64,000 nt of DNA from an uncultured virus (IMG/VR IMGVR_UViG_3300023109_001853) (lineage: Duplodnaviria; Heunggongvirae; Uroviricota; Caudoviricetes), in the IMG/VR virus record IMGVR_UViG_3300023109_001853; one strand, given 5' to 3'. Below the pieces are notes generated by a model that saw only the letters and a list, made by a program, of their open reading frames with translations, did no database searches and had not been told where the DNA came from. Each line of letters opens with the position of its first letter. Within the stretch, counting starts at the first letter, position 1. This document shows, piece by piece, positions 8,950-18,327 of this stretch. The position numbers were made by a program, and so were the translations under genes.

Positions 8950-9462
8950 GTGGGTCAAGTTTTATTGCTTAACGCAGATGCGCAGCCTGTTTCATACTTA
9001 CCATTATCCGCTATACAGTGGAAAGAAGCCATTATATATCTTTGGCTTGATAAGGTTACAGTATTAGAATGGTATGATGATTGGATGGTGCGCAGCGAGA
9101 GTTGGGAAACACGAGTACCCGCGGTAATGATGTTGAAACAAATGCAGCGTCGACGGCAAAAGCCTCGCTTCTCTAAAAACAATCTTTATGTACGAGACTT
9201 GTACACTTGCCAATACTGTAACACACCCTATACAAAATCAAACCTAACACTAGATCATGTTGTGCCTATCTCACATGGTGGCAAAACTAAATGGACAAAC
9301 ATCGTTGCAGCGTGTGGACCTTGTAATACACGCAAAGCAAACAAAACGCATATGAAGCCTATTAAAACTCCATATGCGCCTGATTATTATGAACTTGTGA
9401 ATAAACGCAAGAAGTTAGAAATGTCAATTGCTCACCCTAGTTGGAAAGCATACTTAACATAA
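8950..9462 (+). CDS. HNH endonuclease (McrA-like)
   Basis: RDLYTCQYC..LTLDHVVP..GG..W.NIVAACGPCNTRK. Confidence 0.92.
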   Translation: MGQVLLLNADAQPVSYLPLSAIQWKEAIIYLWLDKVTVLEWYDDWMVRSESWETRVPAVMMLKQMQRRRQKPRFSKNNLYVRDLYTCQYCNTPYTKSNLTLDHVVPISHGGKTKWTNIVAACGPCNTRKANKTHMKPIKTPYAPDYYELVNKRKKLEMSIAHPSWKAYLT

Positions 9463-9469
9463 CAGTCTA

Positions 9470-10375
9470 TTAAATAGACTTAACTGGTATAACTGGATTA
9501 AGATGTGTTTCGTTAGCAAAAAGCATATCTTTACTTACATCGCCATATAACACACCTTTGATGTTACACTTGTTACAAGGATGACATCCGCGACCATTAG
9601 CAAGTTCTTGTCTAAACTTCCACAGCTTTTGACTCTTGAGCCAAATATCTTGTACACTAGTGTCCATGACATTTCCCATGACTTGTTTCTTTTCCCAATC
9701 ATGTGAACAAAGCAGTACATCGCCATCCCAGTGTAAGCTCATTGCATAAAACGGAATATTACATCCTAGTTCTGGTAACTTTTCGTTGAAAAGATATCCT
9801 GCTCTGTTACTTAGATATAAAAACCCGTAGTTTTCTTCTGGTGGCTTGTAATAATGTTGTAGAATAAATTGTTCTTCAGTTAATCCTACTTTAGCAAAAA
9901 GTTCTCTAAAATGATCTTCTTGTTCAGGACCTGAATACATCGATACGAAAAGTTTATTCAAACCTGCGTCAAGTAATTCTACAGTTTTGTCATACGTAAG
10001 TCTGTCACCGTTAGTGACCATATGAATATTATCATTCCACGGCAAATGTTTTTTAAACAATTTTATACTTTCGGTAAGATCCTTGTATAATAAACTTTCG
10101 CCAAACCCGCAATACAGTAATCTATTTTGATAATGACTATTAGCTAAGTCTCTGCCTACCTTGTCAACTATCTTTAGATCCATATGCAAGTTTAAATTTG
10201 GATAGCCGTGTGCTCTTGGACAAAACTCGCAAGTTAAATTACATAGTTCTGTAGCCATTACGTCTATTAACATCAGCGAACTAAACGGATCATCTTTGCT
10301 CATCCTATCTTCCATAGGATCGTACATTGATTCTCTGTCTTTAGCAATATAATTTGTACTTTTCATCTCTGGCAT
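9470..10375 (-). CDS. radical SAM/SPASM domain protein
   Basis: CNLTCEFC, GFGE, VTNG; C-terminal CNIPF..GDVLLC..GN..CNKC. Confidence 0.9.
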   Translation of the reverse strand: MPEMKSTNYIAKDRESMYDPMEDRMSKDDPFSSLMLIDVMATELCNLTCEFCPRAHGYPNLNLHMDLKIVDKVGRDLANSHYQNRLLYCGFGESLLYKDLTESIKLFKKHLPWNDNIHMVTNGDRLTYDKTVELLDAGLNKLFVSMYSGPEQEDHFRELFAKVGLTEEQFILQHYYKPPEENYGFLYLSNRAGYLFNEKLPELGCNIPFYAMSLHWDGDVLLCSHDWEKKQVMGNVMDTSVQDIWLKSQKLWKFRQELANGRGCHPCNKCNIKGVLYGDVSKDMLFANETHLNPVIPVKSI

Positions 10376-10379
10376 ACTA

Positions 10380-10796
10380 CTATTTAATCCAAGCTACTCG
10401 TTTACCTAGTTTAACTCGTTTAGCGTGTTCTGCTTCTGAACCTGGATATCTCCAAGCCCATATAGCAACTAGTGCCATAAAGCCTCCGCTCCATAGTACA
10501 GCTTTAGGATTACCTGTAGTAAACCAAAGTACCGCTACACTTGAACTCATAGTTACCAACATAAAGTATTTGAATTTAGTTGGGAAGACACGCTTCTCCG
10601 ACCAGCCACGTAGAAACGGGCCAAATAATTTATGATTCATTATGTAGTTGTGCATACGATCACTTGACTTTGCGAAACAATATGCTGCACCGACCGCCGG
10701 TGTACTCCAAGGTAGCCCCGGAAGATAGATACCGACAAACGCTACTCCTAGTAGTATACAGCCTAAGCTGAACCACAATGCTTTTTTAATATTCAT
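10380..10796 (-). CDS. YbaN/DUF454 family inner-membrane protein
   Basis: GIYLPGLP.STP..AAYCFAKSS.R.H..HKLFGP. Confidence 0.85.
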   Translation of the reverse strand: MNIKKALWFSLGCILLGVAFVGIYLPGLPWSTPAVGAAYCFAKSSDRMHNYIMNHKLFGPFLRGWSEKRVFPTKFKYFMLVTMSSSVAVLWFTTGNPKAVLWSGGFMALVAIWAWRYPGSEAEHAKRVKLGKRVAWIK

Positions 10797-11464
10797 TTAT
10801 TTTCCTTTATGTTTTTGTAGATTAAGTTTGCAATATGTTGATGTGCTTTTTCACCTGGATGAGATCCGTCTAATGCTTTCGGATAGCTATCCATAATTGG
10901 ATTTAAATCTTGCAAGATATTCATACTGTATCTATTTTGAAATGCTTTATTAAGTAAAACTCCGCCGTTAGAAGAGTAATTATATATGTTTTTTGTAAAT
11001 CTTTCTGCATACTTGTTAGCCATGCTTGCCCACACCATATTTTCGTTAATTAAGTTGTAGTCGTTGCTAAATTTTAAATTCCATTTAACCCAATTCATTG
11101 CAGGTTTTTTTGATTCAGCTTTTATAGATTGTCTATGCATATATATAACTCTTTCGTCCAACTGTTCAGAAGGATCTATCTCTGCAAGTATGCATGATCT
11201 TAGCAAATAAGTCCATTGAAATATAACAATATCGTCTTTGTCTATTTTTTGATCTGTTGCTCTATATGCAATTAATTTATTTGATGATGCAGGCATAGAT
11301 ATATTAACGCATTCGTATCCTAACATGTCTGCTAGTATTTGCGGATACGCTAACTTACTTGGACCTCTAAGAGGCATGTCTAACCTTCCGGTTTTTTCGT
11401 CGGTAATATCACGTAAGCCGTGACCGAATGTATTACTGCATCCAAATGTAAAAAGTTTATTCAT
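10793..11464 (-). CDS. SGNH/GDSL-like hydrolase family protein
   Basis: [27 protein letters not shown]. Confidence 0.7.
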   Translation of the reverse strand: MNKLFTFGCSNTFGHGLRDITDEKTGRLDMPLRGPSKLAYPQILADMLGYECVNISMPASSNKLIAYRATDQKIDKDDIVIFQWTYLLRSCILAEIDPSEQLDERVIYMHRQSIKAESKKPAMNWVKWNLKFSNDYNLINENMVWASMANKYAERFTKNIYNYSSNGGVLLNKAFQNRYSMNILQDLNPIMDSYPKALDGSHPGEKAHQHIANLIYKNIKENK

Positions 11465-12656
11465 TTTCTTTAAGTACCTTTACTAGTGCAGTTATTAGTT
11501 CTTCAATCATTGCATCTGTATGATGGGGAGTAGGAACTAGCCTTAATCTTTCAGTGCCAACTGGTACTGTAGGATAGTTAATAGGTTGACAATATATGCC
11601 ATGATCCATTAGTAGTACGTCGCTGATTACTTTACACCTTTTAGCATCACCTATAAACAATGGAACAATGTGCGTAGTACTACACTCCATAGGAGTTAAT
11701 CCTGCTTTTAACAATCGGTGTTTTAGTTTTCGAGAACGTTCTTGATGATGTTCTCGCAATTCGTTATGTACTTTTAAATACTTTACACTTGCTAATGCTC
11801 CTGCACAAGTAACAGGACTCATACTAGTAGTAAAAATAAACCCGGAAGCAACAGAGCGGACAGCGTCTATGACGTCAGCATCCGCTGCTATGTATCCGCC
11901 CTGTACTCCAAAAGCCTTGCCTAATGTGCCGTTGACTATATCAACTCTATGCTCCCCAATGTGTTCGCAGTATCCTGCACCTGTTTGTCCATAAAGTCCA
12001 ACAGCGTGGACTTCATCGATGTAGGTAATAGCATTATAACGCTCGGCAAGGTCGCAAATCTCTTTGATAGGACCGACATCACCATCCATACTATATACAG
12101 ATTCAAATATGATGCATGGCGTACCACCATCCTTGGCTACTTCGGTTAGTCTATTCTCAAGATCGCTCAAGTCATTGTGCTGCCATATCTTTTTGTCAGC
12201 ACCACTGTGTCTTATACCCTGAATAAGACTGGCGTGATTCATTGAATCACTTAAAAACACAATGTCGGGAATGATTTGTTTAAGAGCGATAAGTGTCCAC
12301 TCATTTGCAACATACGCTGACGAGTATAAAAGCGCACTATCTTTGCTATGCAAAGACGCTAGTTCTCCTTCCAGCGCAACGTGATAGTGTGAAGTGCCTC
12401 CAATATTGCGAGTGCCTCCACTACCAGCACCTGTTTGATCCAATGCAGTATGCATTGCATCTATGACAACTTTATTCTGTCCCATTCCAAGGTAATCGTT
12501 TGAGCACCAATTAGTAATTTCTTTAATTGAATAAGGACCGTACCAAATTGCTTTAGGAAACTTTCCGCGTTCTCTGAGAATATCATTGAATACACGGTAC
12601 TTGCCTTCCTGTTTCAGCTTGTCAATTGTTTGTTGGAATAGTTTTTTGTCTATCAT
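11457..12656 (-). CDS. hemA: 5-aminolevulinate synthase (Shemin C4 pathway)
   Basis: [56 protein letters not shown]. Confidence 0.96.
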   Translation of the reverse strand: MIDKKLFQQTIDKLKQEGKYRVFNDILRERGKFPKAIWYGPYSIKEITNWCSNDYLGMGQNKVVIDAMHTALDQTGAGSGGTRNIGGTSHYHVALEGELASLHSKDSALLYSSAYVANEWTLIALKQIIPDIVFLSDSMNHASLIQGIRHSGADKKIWQHNDLSDLENRLTEVAKDGGTPCIIFESVYSMDGDVGPIKEICDLAERYNAITYIDEVHAVGLYGQTGAGYCEHIGEHRVDIVNGTLGKAFGVQGGYIAADADVIDAVRSVASGFIFTTSMSPVTCAGALASVKYLKVHNELREHHQERSRKLKHRLLKAGLTPMECSTTHIVPLFIGDAKRCKVISDVLLMDHGIYCQPINYPTVPVGTERLRLVPTPHHTDAMIEELITALVKVLKENE

Positions 12657-12693
12657 GACTATATTTAACTAAATATTGTATAGGAGTTTACAG

Positions 12694-13008
12694 ATGCGAG
12701 CAACAGATATAGTTAGACAGGTTTTAGATTTATTAGATCAAGTAGAAGGACAGCACGATATCAAAGATGGTGCTATTGATGCCGAAGTTCATGTGCATCA
12801 AAACGATGAGCCTGAAAATCGTTTCAAACAGATTCTAGCAATGCTAGACGCTAACAGCTTTGGTCCTCTTGCTAATAGCCCAAATGAAGTAGTTGCTCCA
12901 GTTAGTGCAGTAACAACAGACGCAGGAGGCGGACTAAACGGTCCTAAGCATCCACACGATATTAGAGTAAAAGATCCAAGTGCTTATCCGGATCAGCAGG
13001 AGTATTAA
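12694..13008 (+). CDS. hypothetical late protein
   Basis: TAAATA at 12670, AGGAG RBS, ATG 12694. Confidence 0.75.
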   Translation: MRATDIVRQVLDLLDQVEGQHDIKDGAIDAEVHVHQNDEPENRFKQILAMLDANSFGPLANSPNEVVAPVSAVTTDAGGGLNGPKHPHDIRVKDPSAYPDQQEY

Positions 13009-13009
13009 G

Positions 13010-13237
13010 ATGGCAGCAAACGGTATATCAACACTAGCAAACAAGAAACTTAGACAAGAAGCAAAACTTGCACTTGCTAACGCAGACAGAGCAGCTCGCA
13101 ATGTAGTTGAGCCAGGACGTTATGCAGATGTTACAGCAGACATCAGTCAACTACCTACCAAGTATGACACAGACAACAGTCTTATCAACAATGCTAACAC
13201 AGGCGGCCTCAAAGTAGGCAGACCTTGGGCTACATAA
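13010..13237 (+). CDS. hypothetical (putative virion) protein
   Basis: AGGAG RBS, in late operon. Confidence 0.7.
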   Translation: MAANGISTLANKKLRQEAKLALANADRAARNVVEPGRYADVTADISQLPTKYDTDNSLINNANTGGLKVGRPWAT

Positions 13238-13966
13238 ATGGCTAATCGTAAATACTATGATTTTGATATGATGGTAAGCGGGGGCTATATCTCCGACCAC
13301 ACATTCAATCACAAGTTCGGTGCTGTTGATGGCATTGGCAACAATACCACAGGCACAGTATGGGACATACCAAACCAACTTTATCCTTGGACAGCATTAG
13401 ACACTCCAGCAATAGTAAATGTAGAACGCAACAATGTAGGCGACAACGGCATTACTGTAACTGTTGAAGGACTGGACGGCGACTATCTTGAAGTTTCAGA
13501 AGACATAGTTATCTCAGGTGCTGACCAAGTCGGAACTCAACTATTTAAACGAGTAAACAGAGCATTCATTAACGGAGCAACAACTAACGCAGGCGACATT
13601 GATATTGAAGTAGGCGCCGCAGGTGGCACAACTGTAGCAAGGATACAGGAAGGCTACGGCCAAACGCTAATGTCTGTGTTTACAGTACCGGCACACTGTA
13701 CAGCGTATATTCATAGAATAACGGCAACAGCAGAAGATGGCAAAGATGCCACAGGCTGGATGTATGTGCGTGAAGTGAATGGAGTAACATCATTTCGTAT
13801 CAAACATACTTGGGAGTTCAACGGAGACGGCGGACAATATCATTATGACTTTGCATTTCCACTGCCAGTAAGCGAAAAGTCAGATATTGATATGCGTGTG
13901 ACTACTCGTGATAAGAATGGTAGATACACAATAGCGTTTGATGTTTTACTTGTGGGCAACGATTAA
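13238..13966 (+). CDS. hypothetical beta-rich (putative virion) protein
   Basis: 242 aa ORF in late operon, G/T/V rich. Confidence 0.7.
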   Translation: MANRKYYDFDMMVSGGYISDHTFNHKFGAVDGIGNNTTGTVWDIPNQLYPWTALDTPAIVNVERNNVGDNGITVTVEGLDGDYLEVSEDIVISGADQVGTQLFKRVNRAFINGATTNAGDIDIEVGAAGGTTVARIQEGYGQTLMSVFTVPAHCTAYIHRITATAEDGKDATGWMYVREVNGVTSFRIKHTWEFNGDGGQYHYDFAFPLPVSEKSDIDMRVTTRDKNGRYTIAFDVLLVGND

Positions 13967-14044
13967 GCCCCACGCTATTTCTAACGCAGGGCTTGCTACT
14001 TCTCTAATGTATCACCGGACTATGTCCTGAATTACTCTTTATTA

Positions 14045-14359
14045 TTATTTACTAGGCTTGCCGTTTACGAACTCGTAAAACTTTTCAGCCGCTTCTAGTA
14101 CAGCATCCGCTCCAGGAACAGTAGGCATCTCTACCTTAGTAACAACTTCGTCACCTTCTTTGGTAACTGATGTTTCGTATCCTGCAAACTTGGCGTGGTA
14201 ATCCTGCCATGCTTGATTCTGTGCCATCTCTAGCACTTTGGTGCGGATCTCATATCCATTTTTATTTGTTGTAATTTTTGGCATCGCCGCTTTGAACATT
14301 TCAGCAACTTCCTGAGTTTGCTTAAAGATAGCTTCGCCGTATTTTGTATCTACTGACAT
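14045..14359 (-). CDS. hypothetical phage protein
   Basis: AAGGAG RBS; TAAATA promoter at 14408-14413. Confidence 0.8.
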   Translation of the reverse strand: MSVDTKYGEAIFKQTQEVAEMFKAAMPKITTNKNGYEIRTKVLEMAQNQAWQDYHAKFAGYETSVTKEGDEVVTKVEMPTVPGADAVLEAAEKFYEFVNGKPSK

Positions 14360-14420
14360 AATATTTCTCCTTGTGTGTATGTGTGTAGTGTTACTAATGT
14401 AACAGAGTATTTAGTGTTTG

Positions 14421-14636
14421 TCAACCGCCTGGAACAAATTCTTTTGGAGTATACCATACTTTTTGATGATGTATACGTCCTAGCAGTTCTTGTATCTCGT
14501 GCATTTCTTCTTTTAGCTTTTCAGATACATCGCCTTGAGCAATGGCCATTCCTCTACGGCCAGCCTTTGCTCTTAGTGCTGATTCAATAACTTCAATGTC
14601 TCTTACAGTCAATTCAAAGTTTTTGTTAGGTTTCAT
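14421..14636 (-). CDS. hypothetical protein
   Basis: Start overlaps the stop of the pseudoazurin gene. Confidence 0.65.
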   Translation of the reverse strand: MKPNKNFELTVRDIEVIESALRAKAGRRGMAIAQGDVSEKLKEEMHEIQELLGRIHHQKVWYTPKEFVPGG

Positions 14637-15064
14637 AGTTCGCCTAGCAATGCTTTCAATTTTTTCTTTGACTTGCCTTTTACTTTAGCGTCTTTGATAG
14701 CGTCAACACCTTCTTGTGTTAGCTCGCCTACAACTACAATAGCAATCATGCCCGTGCTCTTGTGTGGTGTACATTGGTACAAGTATACGCCTGGCTCGTC
14801 AAATGTATATGTGTATTCTTTTGATAGTTTTGATTTCTTAGGTGCGTCCCAACCATCTGGTCCTGCAATGAATTCTACATTGTGACCCTTCTGTGTTGGT
14901 TCCCAAGTAATTGTATCGCCTACGTCAATACGTGCAATGTCTTGACTGTAAACCATTTTGGCTCCGTCATCACGTTTGTTTAACATTTCGATAGTTGTGT
15001 CTGCGGCAAACGCAGGAGTAGATAGTGCAACCATGACGGCTACTGTAGATAGTAAATTCTTCAT
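14633..15064 (-). CDS. pseudoazurin-like blue copper protein
   Basis: Signal peptide; IEMLNK..GAKMVY..VGDTITW..GHNV; YQCTPH..GM copper ligands. Confidence 0.92.
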   Translation of the reverse strand: MKNLLSTVAVMVALSTPAFAADTTIEMLNKRDDGAKMVYSQDIARIDVGDTITWEPTQKGHNVEFIAGPDGWDAPKKSKLSKEYTYTFDEPGVYLYQCTPHKSTGMIAIVVVGELTQEGVDAIKDAKVKGKSKKKLKALLGEL

Positions 15065-15338
15065 GTGTTTTCCTTTAATGTGTATATGTGTAGTGTACTA
15101 TAAGAATTTATAGCGTGTATTATATATAGCAGGATTCACAGGCGATGTCAACCCTGCTCTATATAGATGTGCTGTTATGTAGCAAGTATGTTACACTTAG
15201 ATTTGACTAAGTGAAATGTACATAACACTAATGCAAAAAAATGCAATTATGCCGAATCCTATGTTTTCGCATAGGTCTCCATCACATCTTGCCATCAGGT
15301 TTTGTATAAAGTTTTTCATAAGTCCTCTGTGTGTGAGT

Positions 15339-15365
15339 AAGGGCGACTACTTGCCGCCCTTTTTC
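15339..15365. terminator. intrinsic terminator-like hairpin
   Basis: AAGGGCG..CGCCCTT stem with adjacent T tract. Confidence 0.5.
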
Positions 15366-15408
15366 TTTTCTATTGGTTTGTTAAAATAACTGTGGTTTGG
15401 GTCTAACA

Positions 15409-15543
15409 TTAGCTAGTCTTATACATATTATGTTTGAACTCAGAGATTTCATTGGCTTTGTCGTACATACCCATTTCTCTAAGTTGTTTGATACTCATAC
15501 AGTAGCTTCTGTATTCCATTAGTTTCATAAACTTCTTAAACAT
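15409..15543 (-). CDS. small protein (44 aa), not in ORF track
   Basis: MFKKFMKLMEYRSYCMSIKQLREMG...; start overlaps the stop of the upstream gene. Confidence 0.6.
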   Translation of the reverse strand: MFKKFMKLMEYRSYCMSIKQLREMGMYDKANEISEFKHNMYKTS

Positions 15544-15728
15544 CAGCGTTTGTCCAACATTAAACGTTTTGCTTCCTCGTGGAAGCCTTGACGTGATAGT
15601 TCAGCAGCAGCTCTTGCTCTGCCTGCTGACTCACCAAATGCTATAAAGCCAATCCACATTGCAAGAAGTGTTTTACCTATTGCTTTGCCCAAGCCTGTTG
15701 TTGCGTCTGTCATTGTTGTTACAGTCAT
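15543..15728 (-). CDS. small hypothetical protein
   Basis: GAGAGGA RBS, translationally coupled; RARAAAELSRQG motif. Confidence 0.75.
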   Translation of the reverse strand: MTVTTMTDATTGLGKAIGKTLLAMWIGFIAFGESAGRARAAAELSRQGFHEEAKRLMLDKR

Positions 15729-15985
15729 TATACAGATCCTCTCAAGTTGTCGTTAACTTCGATACCACGTTTGATTGTTCTATCACCACGTGCAATGTTT
15801 CTAATGTCGCCACGGCAAATGCCGATGTCGTTTAGTTCATAGTCGTTTAACTTGCTAAGTTCTTTATAAGTTTGTTTGTATGATGCTTTACGTTCTGCAC
15901 GTAGTTTCATTGATCTACGTAAGTCGCTAAATCCTTCAATTGCATCTTGAATCCAACTTGATGTTTCTAGTACATAGTGTGACAT
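15728..15985 (-). CDS. DUF1127 (YjiS-like) small RNA-binding protein
   Basis: TYKELSKLNDYELNDIGICRGDI signature; ATG 15985 after AGGAG. Confidence 0.85.
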   Translation of the reverse strand: MSHYVLETSSWIQDAIEGFSDLRRSMKLRAERKASYKQTYKELSKLNDYELNDIGICRGDIRNIARGDRTIKRGIEVNDNLRGSV

Positions 15986-16164
15986 TAGTTGAATACTCCT
16001 GCTCTTGGTGCTGCACCTTTGTGGTCCAGCATATATTGATAGGCAAAGCGCCAATCTTTTCCGTACTCTGTTTGTGCGTAAGTAAGCATCTCTCTTTCAA
16101 ACTTCCTTGTTGGAAGTGGGTTTCCAAGTATACTCACAAGTCCGCTAAATGTTTCTTTAAACAT
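15985..16164 (-). CDS. small protein (59 aa), not in ORF track
   Basis: TAAGGAG RBS; MFKETFSG...YAQTEYGKDWRFAYQYM...VFN; TAATG overlap with the DUF1127 gene. Confidence 0.8.
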   Translation of the reverse strand: MFKETFSGLVSILGNPLPTRKFEREMLTYAQTEYGKDWRFAYQYMLDHKGAAPRAGVFN

Positions 16165-16353
16165 TTCGTTCTCCTTATTAAGTTTTTAGGATGCTTGAGG
16201 AAAGCAATACCCCGGAACTTCCCCGGCGGTGCAAGCACCTTTGGTGCTCGTCAATCACTTGTAACGGATGGATGATCCGCATTGTCTATCCAATGTGTCT
16301 ATGTGTGTCGTCAAAACCGTCATTGCAACGCTTTTAACACTGTTATTTATATA

Positions 16354-16420
16354 ATAGTACAGCCATACTTACTGAAAATCAAATGCTTTATGCAAATAGC
16401 CGTTATGCATACAATGCATA
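16354..16420 (-). promoter_or_regulatory. promoter TTGATT-N17-TACTAT with upstream LysR-type palindrome
   Basis: TATGCAT-ACA-ATGCATA at 16404-16420, about 65 bp upstream of the predicted start site. Confidence 0.65.
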
Positions 16421-16537
16421 CCGTAATCATCATTTGACACGCTTGTAATAGATGCTACAATAAATAATCAGTAGGCAACGTCGAGCCTACCTTTAACGTG
16501 AGCGCCGTGGTAAAAACGGCAAGCAGAGGAGAAACTA

Positions 16538-17497
16538 ATGGACGCACTCACCTTATGGAGCCTAGTCGGGTTCCTATTCGCAGCATACGCTGTGATAGCA
16601 AATGATTCAGTACAAACTCTCGGTACATGGATGGCATCAAACAATGAGAGATTTACTTATAAGACGTTATGGATTGCGGCATCCGCTGTCCTATTAGCCA
16701 CACTATGGTATGGCTGGAGTGTAAATGGTGGAGACATCAGTTACGGCAGACTAAACAAGATTCCATGGCAAGAGGTACAATGGTATCATGCTATGGCACC
16801 GGGCGTACTTGTTATACTAACACGTATGGGAGTTCCGGTATCTACATCCTTTTTAGTGTTAAGTGCTTTCGCAAGTACGTTTGTGCTAGAAAAGATGTTG
16901 ATGAAATCCATAATGGGTTACGGCATTGCAGCAATGTTTGCATACTTTGCTTGGTACTTTATTAGTAGAGTAATGGACGAAACAGCACCAGTCAAAGAAC
17001 AACACAAGGACTATTGGCGCATAGCACAATGGGTAGCAACAGGAGGCTTGTGGTGGACTTGGTTGTCACATGATATGGCTAACATCGCTGTATTCCTTCC
17101 ACGTGAAGTTCCACTGGACTTGATGTTCTTAGTCAGTGTAGTATTTGTAGTTGGCTTGTTCTTTATGTTTAGAGAACGAGGCGGCAAGATACAAAACATT
17201 GTACTAGAAAAGCACAACACAAGATATGTGCGTAGTGCGACACTAATTGATTTATTCTATTGGTTGTGTTTGTACTTCTTCAAAGAGCTGAACGATATAC
17301 CTATGTCAACTACTTGGGTGTTCGTTGGTATGCTTGCAGGACGTGAACTTGCTATTGCAAGCTTCACAGGTAAGATGAAGTTTAAGAGCGTGTTTCCTTT
17401 GGTAGCACGAGACTTCCAAAAGATGATGATAGGCTTAGGTGCATCAGTAGCTATTGTGCTAATGATTCATTATGTATTAGTACCAAACGGTTATTAA
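16538..17497 (+). CDS. multi-pass membrane protein, PiT/PHO4-like permease
   Basis: About 10 TM helices; ANDSVQT / HDMANIA and PVSTS / PMSTT internal-repeat motifs. Confidence 0.65.
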   Translation: MDALTLWSLVGFLFAAYAVIANDSVQTLGTWMASNNERFTYKTLWIAASAVLLATLWYGWSVNGGDISYGRLNKIPWQEVQWYHAMAPGVLVILTRMGVPVSTSFLVLSAFASTFVLEKMLMKSIMGYGIAAMFAYFAWYFISRVMDETAPVKEQHKDYWRIAQWVATGGLWWTWLSHDMANIAVFLPREVPLDLMFLVSVVFVVGLFFMFRERGGKIQNIVLEKHNTRYVRSATLIDLFYWLCLYFFKELNDIPMSTTWVFVGMLAGRELAIASFTGKMKFKSVFPLVARDFQKMMIGLGASVAIVLMIHYVLVPNGY

Positions 17498-17501
17498 TTT
17501 G

Positions 17502-17533
17502 GAAAGGTTGTGTTCGACGGCACAACCTTTTCT
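17502..17533 (+). terminator. intrinsic terminator
   Basis: AAAGGTTGTG..CACAACCTTT stem followed by T residues. Confidence 0.75.
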
Positions 17534-17589
17534 CTTGACATACAGCTCGATGAATGTATAATTACAAGTATAGCAGCACAGGACCACTC

Positions 17590-18327
17590 ATGAAAATATT
17601 AATTGCAGGATACGGGTTTGTTGGTAAAGCTCACTACGAAGTTTTAAAATTTAAACATGAAGTTTTTATTAACGATCCTCAGTTAGGATACACTAACTCC
17701 TACGATGATGCTGACGCAGTTATTGTTTGTGTAGCAACTCCGCCTAGACAAGATGGCAGTTGTCATATGGACAATGTGTTTAATGTTATCGAAGCAGCAC
17801 CGGATGTACCTATTCTAATTAAAAGTACAATTAGTGTAGAAGGCTGGGATATGTTAGTAGATGCATTTCCTAATAGACAGATAGCGTTTTCGCCAGAGTT
17901 CCTACGTGCAGCAACAGCAGTAGAAGACTTGCAGAACATGGATTTAATGTTGATAGGAGGCAACTCCTGCGGCTTCTGGCGTGATGTGTTTGGTGTTAAT
18001 GTAGAAGTTGCAGAGCCAGAAGAACTTATTCTAGCCAAATATGCTCGCAACAGTTTCCTTGCACTTAAAGTTGCGTTCTTTAATCAGATGTATGATTTGT
18101 GCGATGCATTGGATGTTGAGTATTCAGCCGTTGCACACTATACAACAATGGACGAACGCATCGGCGACAGTCATAGTTTTATATCGGACGAGCGTGGCTT
18201 TGGCGGACACTGTTTTCCTAAAGATACATCGGCATTAGTTAAAACTGCACAAAGAAATAACGTTGAATTATCAATACTAGAACAAGCAATTAACTATAAC
18301 AGTAACATAAGAAAGGGAACTAATTGA
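17590..18327 (+). CDS. ugd: UDP-glucose/GDP-mannose dehydrogenase family (short phage form)
   Basis: [44 protein letters not shown]. Confidence 0.88.
   Translation: MKILIAGYGFVGKAHYEVLKFKHEVFINDPQLGYTNSYDDADAVIVCVATPPRQDGSCHMDNVFNVIEAAPDVPILIKSTISVEGWDMLVDAFPNRQIAFSPEFLRAATAVEDLQNMDLMLIGGNSCGFWRDVFGVNVEVAEPEELILAKYARNSFLALKVAFFNQMYDLCDALDVEYSAVAHYTTMDERIGDSHSFISDERGFGGHCFPKDTSALVKTAQRNNVELSILEQAINYNSNIRKGTN

Noticed and set aside
16195..16250. Cobalamin or other known riboswitch suggested by GGGAA in the leader
   Set aside because: The B12 box and other conserved cores could not be found by eye.
15936..16275. Track ORFs 15936-16127 (-) and 15940-16275 (+)
   Set aside because: A different frame (15985-16164) has the strong RBS and translational coupling.
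17590..18327. ugd pseudogene lacking the C-terminal domain
   Set aside because: Catalytic motifs are intact and the stop overlaps the prs start; consistent with a compact phage form.
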